DNA from: Convolutriloba macropyga
Lineage: Eukaryota
Length of the DNA: 64,000 nucleotides
Direction: 5' to 3'
Assembly: GCF_964194025.1 (NCBI RefSeq)
Contig: NC_134469.1
Location: forward strand, 17,484,001 to 17,548,000
A model generated the notes under the pieces. It was not told the DNA's origin, did no database searches, and was given only the letters and a program-made list of their open reading frames with translations. Shown here one piece after another: positions 1 to 12,960 of the stretch. Made by a program: the position numbers and the translations under genes. Numbering within the stretch: the first letter of the stretch is position 1; each line of letters begins with the position of its first letter.

Positions 1-110
1 GGTGAAAAAAAAAATTCACCACATTTCACCGCATTTCTTACAAAAATTCACCGCGAAATTCACCGCATTTCTTACAAAAATTCACCGCATTCACCGCATT
101 TCTTATTTAT
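1..110. repeat. Short degenerate tandem repeat (aaaattcaccgc / catttcttac)
   Basis: ttcacc recurs about six times in the first 100 bp; probably the edge of a repeat or foldback element that extends beyond the window. Confidence 0.7.
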
Positions 111-1440
111 AATTTAGCACGACCCAGAAAGTTTTGCACGATTTAACTGGAAATGTCTATTGATAAGTATGATTTTTTTGCCTGTAAAATTTTACGAGCG
201 ATTTTATTGCTGACTGATGCTTATAACATTGTCAGCAAATATAACTCTTGATCTGCTGGAATTCAGAAAAAAAAACACTAGCCAAAAAAATTTTCGTTCT
301 TATGACAAATTGGCAATTCATAATTTTGGAGAAAGAAGACAAGTAAAACTTTCCGCATTTTCATAATGGCTGGCGGGCTGACATGGGAATAAAAAAAATG
401 TTAAAACTGCATTAACTGCTTTAGTACTAAGAGATACTTTTTTTTCTTTCGTTTTCTTAACTGTTCATTAAAATAGAATGTTATGGTGCAATGGGTATTG
501 GTCCTGCTTGACTGCTTTTTAAGTATAAACAGTAGCAAAAAATAACAAAACTTTCAGAGAGACAGACTTGAAAGTGCCTAATCTTGAAAGTGCCTAATTT
601 GAAGCTATTTAGGTGTGAAACAGGTGTGAAAAGTTCACGAAGTCGGTCCTGCAGAATTTTTTTACTGCAATGCAAATTTTTTTTGTCTCTCGTTTTCATT
701 CATATTGTCCACATTTTTTCATCTTTCATCATTGCCATTGTTCGTACTCCGTTTTTTTTCCAATAATGCTGCTCTCCCAGAATCTCGTTTTTCAACGCTT
801 TTTTTCCAATTTGATGTGGTGTTTTGCAATATGTGAAGAAGTATGTTGTGTTTTTGCTGCAGTATGTTGACTGTTCTGGTATGCTGTTTGGTTGTTAGGT
901 CTGTGGCACTCTCGGGTGTGACTTAGTTGACTCGCCAGTTGCCGCTGACTTTTGAATCGATTTTTCAAATTCAATGTTTAACAGACATTCTTTTTCCCGC
1001 TTGTTGCTTGCTCCTTTCCCACCCACTTAGTTCGCATGTTTTCCCGCAGCTTCCTAAGCCGCTTGCCCAACATTCGATCCATCTCTTTCGTTTCCCGTTT
1101 CATAGTGCATCGTATGAATGGCATTTCCACCCAGTCTTTTTTTCTCGTTTTTTGTGCATCATTCAATTTAAGTTTAAGTCCAGTTCGTTTTGTTTCCCAA
1201 TTCTTGATGCGTCGTCCATCCAGCTCACCCTCGCCGGTCACTTGTTTCGTTGTTTGGTTTGGCGTTGCTTACAAGCAAGTTAGGCGCTTTCGCTTTCGTT
1301 ACTTCTCTTCGCCGAGTACTGTGCCACTCGGTGACCACCTTCCTTCTCTAACGAGGCTTGACTATCTGATAAAATGAGGATGCTCTATATTAGATTATCT
1401 AATTTGAGTTCCAGTTACGTAACAACCACAGGGGCCTCAC

Positions 1441-1457
1441 TGGTGCCATAGAACGAG
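1441..1457 (+). promoter_or_regulatory. Candidate degenerate primer-binding site (tRNA-His-like) of the decayed BEL/Pao element
   Basis: tggtgccatagaacgag resembles TGGTGCCGTG (complement of the tRNA-His 3' end) and lies just before gag-like coding remnants at ~1481. Confidence 0.5.
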
Positions 1458-1592
1458 ACAGGAGGGTTAAAATTTAATAATTGTTTTCTAAAACTGATGA
1501 TGCCTTCAGCAAGCTCATAGAGAAAAACGAGCATTTCTTCGACTTGACCTGTGAAACTTACTCAACTAATCCCGTCCTTGATCAGCGATTAG

Positions 1593-4140
1593 AAGATGTA
1601 ACAAATGACAATGATATTGTCTTGAGTGCGACTAGAAAAAGTTTAGTCTGTCTTATCCCTGTCTGAGACACGGTGTGCGAGGGCATTAATAAGTGAGTGC
1701 AATTGAATTGAATCTTACGCTTCACGTCGTCAACCATGTATAGCCAGCGTAAATTTAATTTTCTCATGAAAACATTTAAACAAGAAGAGTTTGAGATACA
1801 GGAGCAAGCTGCGATGCTCCTAACCAAACAAAAACACGAACTTACCATGCGCAAAATAAGAACTTGAAAACCAATCGATCAAACGGGAATTCAGTAGGAA
1901 TATTCTCACCAGCGTATTGCAGCAGCTTAACAAAATGTGGCCTAATTAATCGACCTGAAAAAAAACCCGAATGATTCCCATGTTAGGAACACGACTTATG
2001 TGAAGGCCATATTCGTCCAAAAAAAGTATAAAAAGAACAAAATTGCGTATGAAAAGACTTAAACTTGACTCTATCAAACAGCGGGCTAGACTTATAAACT
2101 TTATCAAAAATTTTCACGCTCGTTGGGCTTAATTTAGCACTATCCAGAAAGTTTTGCACGATTTACCTTGAAATGTCTTTTGATAAGTATGATTTTTTGC
2201 CTGTAAAATTTTACGAGCGATTTTATTGCTGACTGATGCTTATAACATTGTCAGCAAATATAACTCTTGATCTGCTGGAATTCAGAAAAAAAACACTAAC
2301 CAAAAAAAAAATTCGTTCTTATGACAAATTGACAATTCATATTTTTGGAGAAAGAAGACAAGTAAAACTTTCCGCATTTTCATAATGGCTGGCGGGCTGA
2401 CATAAAAAAAATGGTAAAACTGCATTAACTGCATTAGTACTAAGAGATACATTTTTTCTTTCGTTTTCTTAACTGTTCATTAAAATAGAATGTTATGGTG
2501 CAATGGGTATTGGTCCTGCTTGACTGCTTTTTAAGTATAAACAGTAGCAAAAAATACCAAAACTTTCAGAGAGACAGACTTGAAAGTGCCTAATCTTGAA
2601 AGTGCCTAATTTTGAAGCTATTCAGGTGTGAAACAGGTGTGAAAAGTTAACGAAGTCGGTCCTGCAGAATTTTTACAATTGCCAGAAGTTGTAACAAATG
2701 ACAATGATATTGTCTTGAGTGCGACTACAAAATGTTTAGTTTGTCTTATCCCTGTCTGAGACACGGTGTGCGAGGGCATTAATAAGTGAGTGCAATTGAA
2801 TTCAATCTTACGCTTCACATCGTCAACCATGTATAGCCAGCGTAAATTTAATTTTCTCATGAAAACATTTAAACAAGAAGAGTTTGAGATACAGGAGCAA
2901 GCTGCGATGCTCCTAACCAAACAAAAACACGAACTTACCATGCGCAAAATAAGAACTTGAAAACCAATCGATCAAACGGGAATTCAGTAGGAATATTCTC
3001 ACCAGCGTTTTGCAGCAGCTTAACAAAATGTGGCCTAATTAATCGACCTGAAAAAAAAACCCGAATGATTCCCATGTTAGGAACACGACTTATGTGAAGG
3101 CCATATTCGTCCAAAAAAAGTATAAAAAGAACAAAATTGCGTATGAAAAGACTTAAGCTTGACTCTATCAAACAGCGGGCTAGACTTATAAACTTTATCA
3201 AAAATTTTCACGCTCGTTGGGCTTAATTTAGCACTATCCAGAAAGTTTTGCACGATTTAACTTGAAATGTCTTTTGATAAGTATGATTTTTTGCCTGTAA
3301 AATTTTACGAGCGATTTTATTGCTGACTGATGCTTATAACATTGTCAGCAAATATAACTCTTGATCTGCTGGAATTCAGAAAAAAAACACTAACCAAAAA
3401 AAAAAAATTCGTTCTTATGACAAATTGACAATTCATAATTTTGGAGAAAGAAGACAAGTAAAACTTTCCGCATTTTCATAATGGCTGGCGGGCTGACATA
3501 AAAAAAATGGTAAAACTGCATTAACTGCATTAGTACTAAGAGATACATTTTTTTCTTTCGTTTTCTTAACTGTTCATTAAAATAGAATGTTATGGTGCAA
3601 TGGGTATTGGTCCTGCTTGACTGCTTTTTAAGTATAAACAGTAGCAAAAAATACCAAAACTTTCAAAGAGACAGACTTGAAAGTGCCTAAACTTGAAAGT
3701 GCCTAATTTTGAAGCTATTCAGGTGTGAAACAGGTGTGAAAAGTTAACGAAGTCGGTCCTGCAGGATTTTTACAATTGCCAGAAGTTGTAACAAATGACA
3801 ATGATATTGTCTTGAGTGCGACTACAAAATGTTTAGTTTGTCTTATCCCTGTCTGAGACACGGTGTGCGAGGGCATTAATAAGTGAGTGCAATTGAATTG
3901 AATCTTACGCTTCACATCGTCAACCATGTATAGCCAGCGTAAATTTAATTTTCTCATGAAAACATTTAAACAAGAAGAGTTTGAGATACAGGAGCAAGCT
4001 GCGATAGTCCTAACCAAACAAAAACACGAACTTACCATGCGCAAAATAAGAACTTGAAAACCAATCGATCAAACGGTAATTCAGTAGGAATATTCTCACC
4101 AGCGTATTGCAGCAGCTTAACAAAATGTGGCCTAATTAAT
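1593..4140 (+). repeat. ~1095-bp tandem repeat, ~2.3 copies (gag fragment plus flank-derived segment)
   Basis: gtaacaaatgacaatgatattg at ~1598, 2691 and 3788. Segments 2131-2672 and 3225-3770 also match 111-660. Confidence 0.93.
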
Positions 4141-7100
4141 GGATAATTGATCGCTGCTTAGCCGTCACTCAAGTGAAATGAACTCGTCTAAAGCGAAGGG
4201 GTCAATTAAAAGCCTCAATTTTATTATGAATTGGGTAGAATCGTTTCATCCCAGAAACATGTTAACTGCAACAAGTGAGCCAATTTTGTCGCATGCTTTT
4301 TCAGTTACCGCCAGCCCTCTTGTTTTGTTTCTGCAGGGAATAAGACACTAAAAAGACTGCAATGCAACTTCATTTAGTCAATGAAGCTGCAAAGCATACC
4401 TCAGACCCAATTGATGTCAATGGTAACTGTCACAGCAATGAATGCGAACAATGAACGTGATCATCTTCACAATGTACGTTATGTTGCGTTCAACTGCAAC
4501 CATCTTGAAACAAATGTCAGTACGCGCTCCCAGGAGTTGAAACTTATTCGGCTCAGCAAGACGAGCTGCATGACGAATACCTTTGAGTTAAATTTATGAC
4601 GTTTTTCTCAGAACAGCTCCACAAATTTTGAACCATGACAAATAATGCAGTCTTTTAAAACCATTTTCAACCAACCTTGACACCAAAACACTGCTAACCC
4701 TGCCTTCTGCCATCACAGTTGGCAAAAGTTTGCACCACAAAAACGCAAAGAGTAGCCATTTACCAACTTGTATTGTCCAGTTATCCCATTCAGTACAACA
4801 ACTAACATCGCTCCAGTTTTATTCACACTGATAGTTCGTCCAAATCATGGAATTGACGTTCAAATTGCATTGTTTTGGGATTGCTCACCGCATTACAAAC
4901 CATCGGCTACTTCCTTGGTGTCCGTGGATTTGATCAAAAAATTTTCGAAAGCAATCACTTGTAGGAAGCACGATCCACTGCCTGAGTGGAAATTGCAACA
5001 GTACAGTGGGAACCCCTTGCAGTGGCATGAGTCCTTTGAGCTAATTGAAAGCGCCAGAACCACACAGTCGGTGACTGATGATGTGCAAATAACTCTCCTA
5101 AAACTCATGTAACTGGAAAAACTAAGATCACCATCGCTGATTTCGCATCTGGTGACGTGACGTATGAGGATACACTTAAGACATTTGAACGTAAAAAGGC
5201 CAAGTGCAGCCACTTTTGAATGCGCACTTGGAAAAACTCAGTAATTTTCCAACAATTAAGATGCAGTTATGTCATCATAAAATTTTCGGCTACCATCCCA
5301 AGTCTTGTCGGATTCTTCAAGTCACTTTCGTACGACGCTGACTTGATCAGCGCCTCACTCTTATAAGAGCAATGCTATAAATTGCAGCCTAATTTGAAAG
5401 ATTCAAGGTCACTGGATTCAAAGATTCGGCTACAAAGCATTCGGTAAAATTGAAACTTTCCGACTCCAAAATTTGTTTTAAGCAAAAATCCGAGTCGCAT
5501 GATTTAATGAAACAAACATCAAAATATCAAAAAATGAGGACAACAAGGACCAGATCAAGTTGCCTTGAAGACATGCACCGCCAACCCACAGTAAAGCGCA
5601 CATAAAACAACTGAAGCTGCAACAACATCACCCTCCACTTGTTGCGTTGTCCGTAAGGCTAACCACTGCCTCTGGGAGTGTCGAGTCTTCAGAAACTCCC
5701 ACTCAGCGTGCAAAGCTGGCAGCCGAGGCAAAAGTTTGTGCTCGACGGAAAATATTTGTTCCGGCAGTGATCAGATCCAAGAAAAATGCAGCACCGCCGC
5801 AACTGCTCGTACACCTACTTCTATACGCAGCTGATAGGGCTTAAACATCGCAATTCTCATTATCGAAAGACAATAACAGATCTATTGTTGGCAGTGTTCA
5901 TAGTGATCCTGTTAGTTGCCAATCATTGAAATAGGCCACTTCACCGTTATCTTGCAGCAATGTGAAAGGCCTCTTTCAAGTGACAGAACTGCGGCTTGTA
6001 TTCATCTTAGGTAAAGAGACTACGGACTTGAAGTTAACAATCACAAGTGTATACAACGATGTCATCACTTTCACAAAGATGGTTGAATTGATTGCAATAC
6101 ATGCCAACAATCAGACGTTTGGTGCTTTCAAAGTCTGCCCATTTGTCAAAGACAACTTGAATGTGGGCAGAGACATCATTGACATCAAAGAAACAAAAGT
6201 GTGCCCTCAGTTAGCTTTTCTAGACACCATTGTACATTGCTATGAAAACATTGAGATGATACTTTGACTGAATTTGTATCACGTCATCCCCGCGTTAGAG
6301 CACTTCGATGTCGATGAGAATTCCTCTCCTTTCGCTATTGGTTTGCCCGAAGGTTGGGTTTTAAGCAGTTCTTTACAGTTGTCTTCACGTTTAATCTCGA
6401 CGTATTTCAAAGCAAATATGGATCAGGGTTTTGAAATGTCTAGTCACATGTTAATCTTGGTGTATTATGAAGCCACATGGTGCGCATAGCAATTACACAC
6501 ACTTCATTCGGTTGATACTAGCGCACATTAATTTTTTAAAATTACCAGAGTACTCAATGGGACAAAACTTGACGACGCAGAAATGCTTTGGGCTGAAAAA
6601 AAAACATCAGAGTCCATGAAACAGGCTCATGAAAGATCAAGCGTTAAATTAAAAATATACCGACACCATCAATTAGTACTTATATAAAGTTATATCTTAA
6701 AAGTAGAAAATGCTAAGAAGATGTAGTGACGCTCGGAACATGACAGGTACCTGCTGCACCACCCAATTTTTGATCCAAATAAAACAGGAAAGCTCCGCAG
6801 GTTGCTTAACGTAGCAGTCAGGTTCCATGGGCTTCCCTAAACAATTCATTGCTTACTGGCCCTGAATTACTGCCAGTAAACATTATCTTTGTACTTTTAA
6901 GGTTCAAGCAACATCAGTACGCGGTATCGGCCGTCCTTGAGGGAAAATGGGAGTTTCACCCAGTGATCAGTCATCCTTGAGCTTTTTGTGGCAGGAGGAC
7001 CAGACAGTACACGTGCCATAATTTTGGGGCTGAACGCTCTCCCACTTGAGCAAACGACGCACTGTAGTGCATATCACGTGATAACGCTAGGTTGTACCCC

Positions 7101-10100
7101 TAGAGCAGCAAAAACTGTTTTCGAGAGATTGATTAGTTCCAGTAGAGTTGATTAGGGTGACCTTAATAGGTGGAAGGAACTGGTTCAACTTCTCCGTCTA
7201 GTTGGGTTCAAGACTACTAGGTTCCAAAACCCTGTACCACATCCAGTTGAGCGAATTGACGGGTTGCCTCCTGCAGCCGAACCGATAGTGATTGCGTTGT
7301 CAACTGAAGAGTCATCGTACTTGCTTGGGCTTAATTGGGATCAAAACAACGACACTCTGTTTGTGATTCGCAGTACTCCCACCACTGTCGCAGACGCATT
7401 AACACAGCGCTTGTTATTGAGCCTACTGTTTAAGGTATTCGATCCCACTGTTTTATTTGTGCCAATCACTGTTGGAGCTGGACTGGTGTCACAGGAAATT
7501 TGGCGCATCAGCGGGCAGCATTGGAACAAAACAATACCTGAAGAAACATCGGACAACTTAATGTGTGTCAAACTGCCGCTGCCATCAATAAACACTGTAC
7601 CAAGAAGTTGGACCGGTCAAACACGTTGAACTACACGTGTTGGTGGATAGAGATCTCTCTAGAGATCTTTTTAATGTTTTTTATTTTCTTGCGGCTCAAA
7701 AAAATAAACAAAGCACGTGTAGCAACTATGAAGCTCACGACTGTTCCAACGTTGAAACTAAAAGCCAGTCGCCTTGTTGCTCGCCTCAATGGGGAGACTT
7801 GACGAGCACTGACAGTTTGTGGAGACAAAGTTTTTATGTAGGCAGACAGTATCATTGTCCTTCCGTGGCTCAACTCTTAATCAAAGCAACCCATCTTCAT
7901 CTTAAATTGCGTTAGAGAAATAATGGAACACACCAGTTGAAACGTCCCGTAATCAGTCCAATGTTGGCACGAGTAGAAATTTCGCTGCTACTTCGCATTA
8001 AAAAAGAACTGGGTGAAAGGTCCTAACTTCCTAAAGACCACGCACTTCTCTTCGAGCCAAACACAGCCTTGTCGACAATATCAATCTTGGCCTGTATTCT
8101 AAGGAATAAGATAAGTTCATCTCATCTTTAATTGTTTCTGAAGCCAAGACAACTAAAAAGCAAAGGTGTTTTTGTTTTCGATAACTTAAGTTTTTGTCTA
8201 CGCATTCTTATCTAGCCTTTATCTATAGATAACAATTGTATGCATTACTGCGTATATGCTACGTCTTTTACCATCACACGAATCCAACCGTCCTGCCCAG
8301 TATATTTTTCAAGGAGATTCCTTCATTGCCGAAAGGAAGGTCCTCATTGACATTGAAACCGTCTTGAGGAGCATCCGCATTGCTAAGTTTTCGCCGTTCA
8401 TTGTTATTCATGGTTACATCCGTTCGTCTGGTCGAATCAAGCGGCTAATTGAATTACGTTTTGACACTAAGCATCCTTTTGTGATTGAAGCATGTCACAC
8501 TTTTGTTAAACTGTTCTTGCAGCACATTCAATTAAAATAACACCATCAGGGAGTTGATTTCCTACGGGCAAAAATGCTGGAATGTTATGCCATCCTTAAC
8601 TATGTTTGTTGCTGCGTTCTGTTAAAGCGCTGGTGTTTAGCGCTGCCGTTATTCAATACATCATGGCTGACCTACTAGTAGAAAGACTTGCATGCCAATC
8701 CTTTCCTTATACCAGCACCGGGGATCAATACTTTGGCTCATTTTAAGTCACAGTTTGTCGAACTATCCTCCTCACTTGTTTGAAAACAATTGCTGTCCAT
8801 GTGGAATCCATGGAAGATAAAGTGTTTGTTATGCGAACAGAGCAGCTTGTCTCTTTTCAGGGTGCTCCTGGCATCATCTGGTCTTAAAATTGTACTGGCT
8901 TGTTATGGTGCAGAAACAGAGCTCATCAGGAATATCAAAAAGTAGAAAACTAACAATGTTGCTGCTGAACTTGCCCACAAGAACATTATATGGAGATCCA
9001 ATCCACCACTGCAACACACCAGGATGACATCTGTGAAAAGCTAGAGCGTAGTTTCAAAATACGCATAAAATACGTTCTATTTTCCTTTTTTACGTAGATA
9101 GCTAGGAAAAACGCAACTAACACAATTTCAATAAAAGTAATCAGGAAAGGTAACAGATGAGACCTTTCCTTTCATTGCTTTGAATAGAATTGTGACGGTC
9201 TTCGATCACAAGTATCATAATGATATCTGTCAAAAAATGCAGAGAAGACTTTGGCGTCTAAACCACGTTTTGATTTGCACGTTATGCCTATACATTGCTA
9301 TCACACTGCGGTACACACTTGCAAAACTTTTGAGTTCTCCATTTTTCTGTCCATTTAATTAGTTGCTCCACAACTCCAAATTTCTTGCTTCGAGTCGAAA
9401 AAAATTTGCTCCCCGGCAATCGAGTTAGCGGAACTGAAAGACAGGCAATTTTGCGGAAAACTCCATCAATGAAAAATCTTTACAAAAACTACATTTTAGT
9501 CGGTTATTCAGCATATGCGTTGATCGAAGAAATTTTGTTTACACAGATTTTAAAATTAGTAAAGTTGACGTGAAGTTCGTTAACGAAAGATCATCCATCA
9601 GGTCGTTTATAGGTACTTCATTCAAGTAGTTACGCGAACTAACAAAGTTCAAGCTATTAAATCTCTTATTTTCAACCTAACTATATTAAATGTTAAGTTT
9701 GATGATATTTGCAAAATTCACAAGGATGCAAAAATTTATTTTGTCACGTTCTGTTTTTGCTAGGAAGTCATCACTAGGAGCCCTGGTTTCAATTCCAAGG
9801 TTGTTATTTACCCAGTGGCGCAAAAGAATAAAAAATGCTCGCTTAGCAGTGCAGGTCCAAAAACCTTAAAATCTAATTTTTAAGGTCGGCAAAATAAAAG
9901 ACAGCAAAAATTTTAATTTTCAAGAATTTGGTCCAAATCATGGGCTTTACGCATTTTTAAAATACCTTCTAAAAAGCAGAAAGAAATCAATATCTCAAGG
10001 TTTCTGAAACCCCCAAAATATATACTTCAAATTACAATTTTAGAATCGCAAGCCAACTGGTCAACTAAGGTTTAGATTTCTCTTTTTTGTGACAACCCAA

Positions 10101-12489
10101 GTTCTGTATCCAACATTGATTAGTTAAAAGCGAGCTTTTTTCGAGCTCAGATGTGATGAATCAACTATCTCCAGAGCAGCGCTCCAGCGTATTTACAATA
10201 ACACCTTAAAACTAACAACTTAACAATAATGGTGGGCATTTTTACGGGTTTCTTTTTCAGGTAAATTTTGCAGGTATTTTTAAGGTGTGTCCATGGTTCA
10301 GGTGAGACCAATCTAACTGAACAGTTCAAGTAACTTCAGGTGATTTTTCAGGTAAAGTTATGTGAACTTTTTTAGAGTGTGGTTGTCATCTTGTACCCTT
10401 CTCAAACGTGTGAGTTGGCACAAAATTCGGAAATCAACTCATCTCAGAATATGCAGGGCACAATTCAACTAATTCAATTGGTCTTAGCCCCATTAGGTGC
10501 CAACAGTAATTAGCATTGCAAATCTTAGGGATAAGTTATTTCTAACTATATAACTTCACTGTGATTGCCATTGCAGTAGAGCCCAAACAACTTTGTAAAA
10601 GTGCTGGGCTTATATTTTAAATTTTGTTTGTGATTACTATGATAAAATATTTCCAATATTAATTCTTTATTATTTTTTCTAAATAATAAATGTAATAATT
10701 TGTTTATGTTTGATAATTTGACTTATGTTTCATATTCTCAAAAATCATAGACAAACAAGGTACATCAATAATCCTGAAGATAAAATGAGAAAACTTTTCA
10801 GGTCGAATTATAGACAAAGGCAACCGAACACAAAACTGGACTTAAAAATATACCTGTTCATAATCGAATTCATTTATTTTTTCAAAATTGTTGTTGGAAA
10901 ATTTTTCTTCATTGTTGTGAAAAATATTAAATAGTTATTTGCCTTCAATGACCCTGATTCCTTCTCCCTTTGAAGAATGTATTCTATACTAAACAGAGGT
11001 TACACGGTGTAACATGCTGGTGGTCCAGCACATACTACATCCTGTTCAGATCTCAATTTTTCTCAATTTCACTCTCAATTTCATTGATTTGGAAAATCCA
11101 GGTGAACAAAAAATACTTAAGTGCTTAATTACGTGCTCTAAAGACTCAAAATGAATTAGGACTGATCAAAATTTGCATTAAGCGTATATAAATTCGAAAA
11201 GAAGTGCTCCAGAGAGAGTACGGCATTCTGATAGAGGCTGCTTCGAAAAAATACTGAGCGTGAGCTGCGAAAACATCGATAAACAAGTAGGCAAAAGAAA
11301 AAATGCATCTCCGCGTTGAAGTAGCTGTGCGTAAAAATCAGCCAATAAAATCCGCAATGTTAAAGTAATTTTATATTTAACGTACGCGATTTGACCTTTC
11401 CAGAGAACCAAATCCAAGAACCAAGTATGGTCCCATACAGACCATACGAAAATTTCTTATATGGTCATGCTGTGGTTGCCAAGATTTAAATATTTGGTTC
11501 CTATATGAAATTCAAGAATCCGGTATACGTTCTTTGAGCATTCTGGCGTTTGTGCGTTCTTTAAACACCCAAAAAAAGTTTATCCAGCAGTCTCAGCTTT
11601 AAAAGTTTTAGACGACTAATGCGCTTTATAGAATATTAGTTATAATTTTTTAGGTAATTTTTTTGTTATATCTCCCTATCAAAGATTTGGCTGTCATCAA
11701 TTCAATAATAAAGCAATGATTGCTCTTTACCAAATAAAAATTTGGTCAAAAATGAGCCATAAATTACACTTTTCATGGGAATATTTTACTTTGTCAATAT
11801 CAGGGTTCTCAAAACTTGATCCACAGTAAAGCAAGTAAGAGAAAAACTGACATTTCACTTCAAAATCTTAATATTGTTGAAAACTTACATCATTATACAA
11901 AAAACAAATATTGTTTCTCAGAAAATAATGGAGAAAATTAGGAAATGACTAGGTTGCAATTAAGTTTGCCACTAATGATACTCTGTTTTCAGAAATTTAG
12001 CTCGCTTTGATAGCTGCGTTTGAACTGCTGCTTGATTTTCCGCTTGCAGCTGGTTGATGAATTGAAGTAATTCCCGCCTCCTCTCTTTCCCTACTTTTAC
12101 AGCTCCCGGTATTCTCTTCTATTTTAGCTCCACCTTATGTTTATTGGTTGCGTGTTTTCAGTTTTGAGCTCACCAATTGTGTACCACTTAATCTCAATTT
12201 TTGGTTCTGTCTCTTGTTCTCTTTTGTGTTTCAGATGCATGTTTAATGTGTTTTCGTCGAAAAATATAAAACAAGGTCTTAAACTCAACATGTGATTTTT
12301 TGCGATCCAAATGATGTTGATGTTCGACTTCATTAATTCTGATGAGAAGGTGCAAGGAAAACCCCTTTCATTTGTGAACTCAGTCGTGAATTTACAGTGA
12401 CTAAATAAAACTCTCATTTGATTCAATAGACTATGCGCACCATTCACTATAAAGGTCCAATTTAAAGCAGTCAATATGAATTATTTGTG

Positions 12490-12722
12490 ATAGGTGCAGT
12501 GGAGGTAGGGTACAGGTAGAGGGAGTGGGATGAAGGGGAGGGAGGGCGAGGAAGGAGGAGGTAGAGGGAGGGGGAGGCGGAGTGCAGGTACAGGTAGCGG
12601 GAGGTAGGATGGAGGTATACGGAGGGGGAAGGAGGTAGAGGGGATGGAGGTAGATTGGAGGTAGAGGGGATGGAGGTAGATGTGGAGATAGAGGGAGGGA
12701 GTGGGAGGAGGCAGGTAGGGGA
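12490..12722 (+). repeat. Purine/G-rich low-complexity tract (GGAGG/GGAGGTAG-like)
   Basis: ~230 bp almost entirely G/A in an AT-rich background. Confidence 0.85.
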
Positions 12723-12960
12723 TTACGCACCTAATTGACTTCATTCACTAAGTGGTCCCTTTTAACCAAGTAAAAATGTTAATGCACAGAGTAATCATGC
12801 TATAATCTTATTTCTGCTAATTTCCGCTAAAATAAGTTCTGTTAAAATCATAGATTCATGTTCGTCATTAAAATTTTCCCTCTATGATTTTCGGCCTTTT
12901 ATCGTTAGCGACAAATTTAATTGCCACTAGATTGGAGTTAAGCGCGAGTAAACATGCCCT

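Larger units (their letters stand above)
975..9060 (+). mobile_element. Decayed BEL/Pao LTR retrotransposon (frameshifted, 3'-truncated within integrase)
   Basis: Collinear fragments: gag LPEWKLQQYSGNPLQWHE (~4980); RT YLLHHPIFDPNKTGKLRRLLNVAVRFHG (~6750); LLGLNWDQNNDTL and LLFKVFDP (7320-7450); KARVATMKLTTVPTLKL (~7720); IRSSGRI..DTKHPFVI (~8420-8490); MADL..ERL..FPYTSTG..YFG (~8660-8735). The 5' boundary and LTR are uncertain. Confidence 0.88.

Noticed and set aside
1582-4044. Three minus-strand MRMVSSCFCL ORFs
   Set aside because: Antisense to the triplicated gag remnant; explained by the repeat.
9770-9805. tRNA/SINE B-box-like ggtttcaattcc
   Set aside because: No A box or cloverleaf could be built.
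12124-12474. Possible C2H2 zinc-finger exon (CFIFFDENTLNMHLKH) or NIDO exon 3
   Set aside because: Ligand spacing is incomplete, there is no NIDO C-terminal motif and no convincing splice sites.
12431-12744. Proline-rich extensin-like ORFs
   Set aside because: Translation of the C-rich strand of a low-complexity tract.
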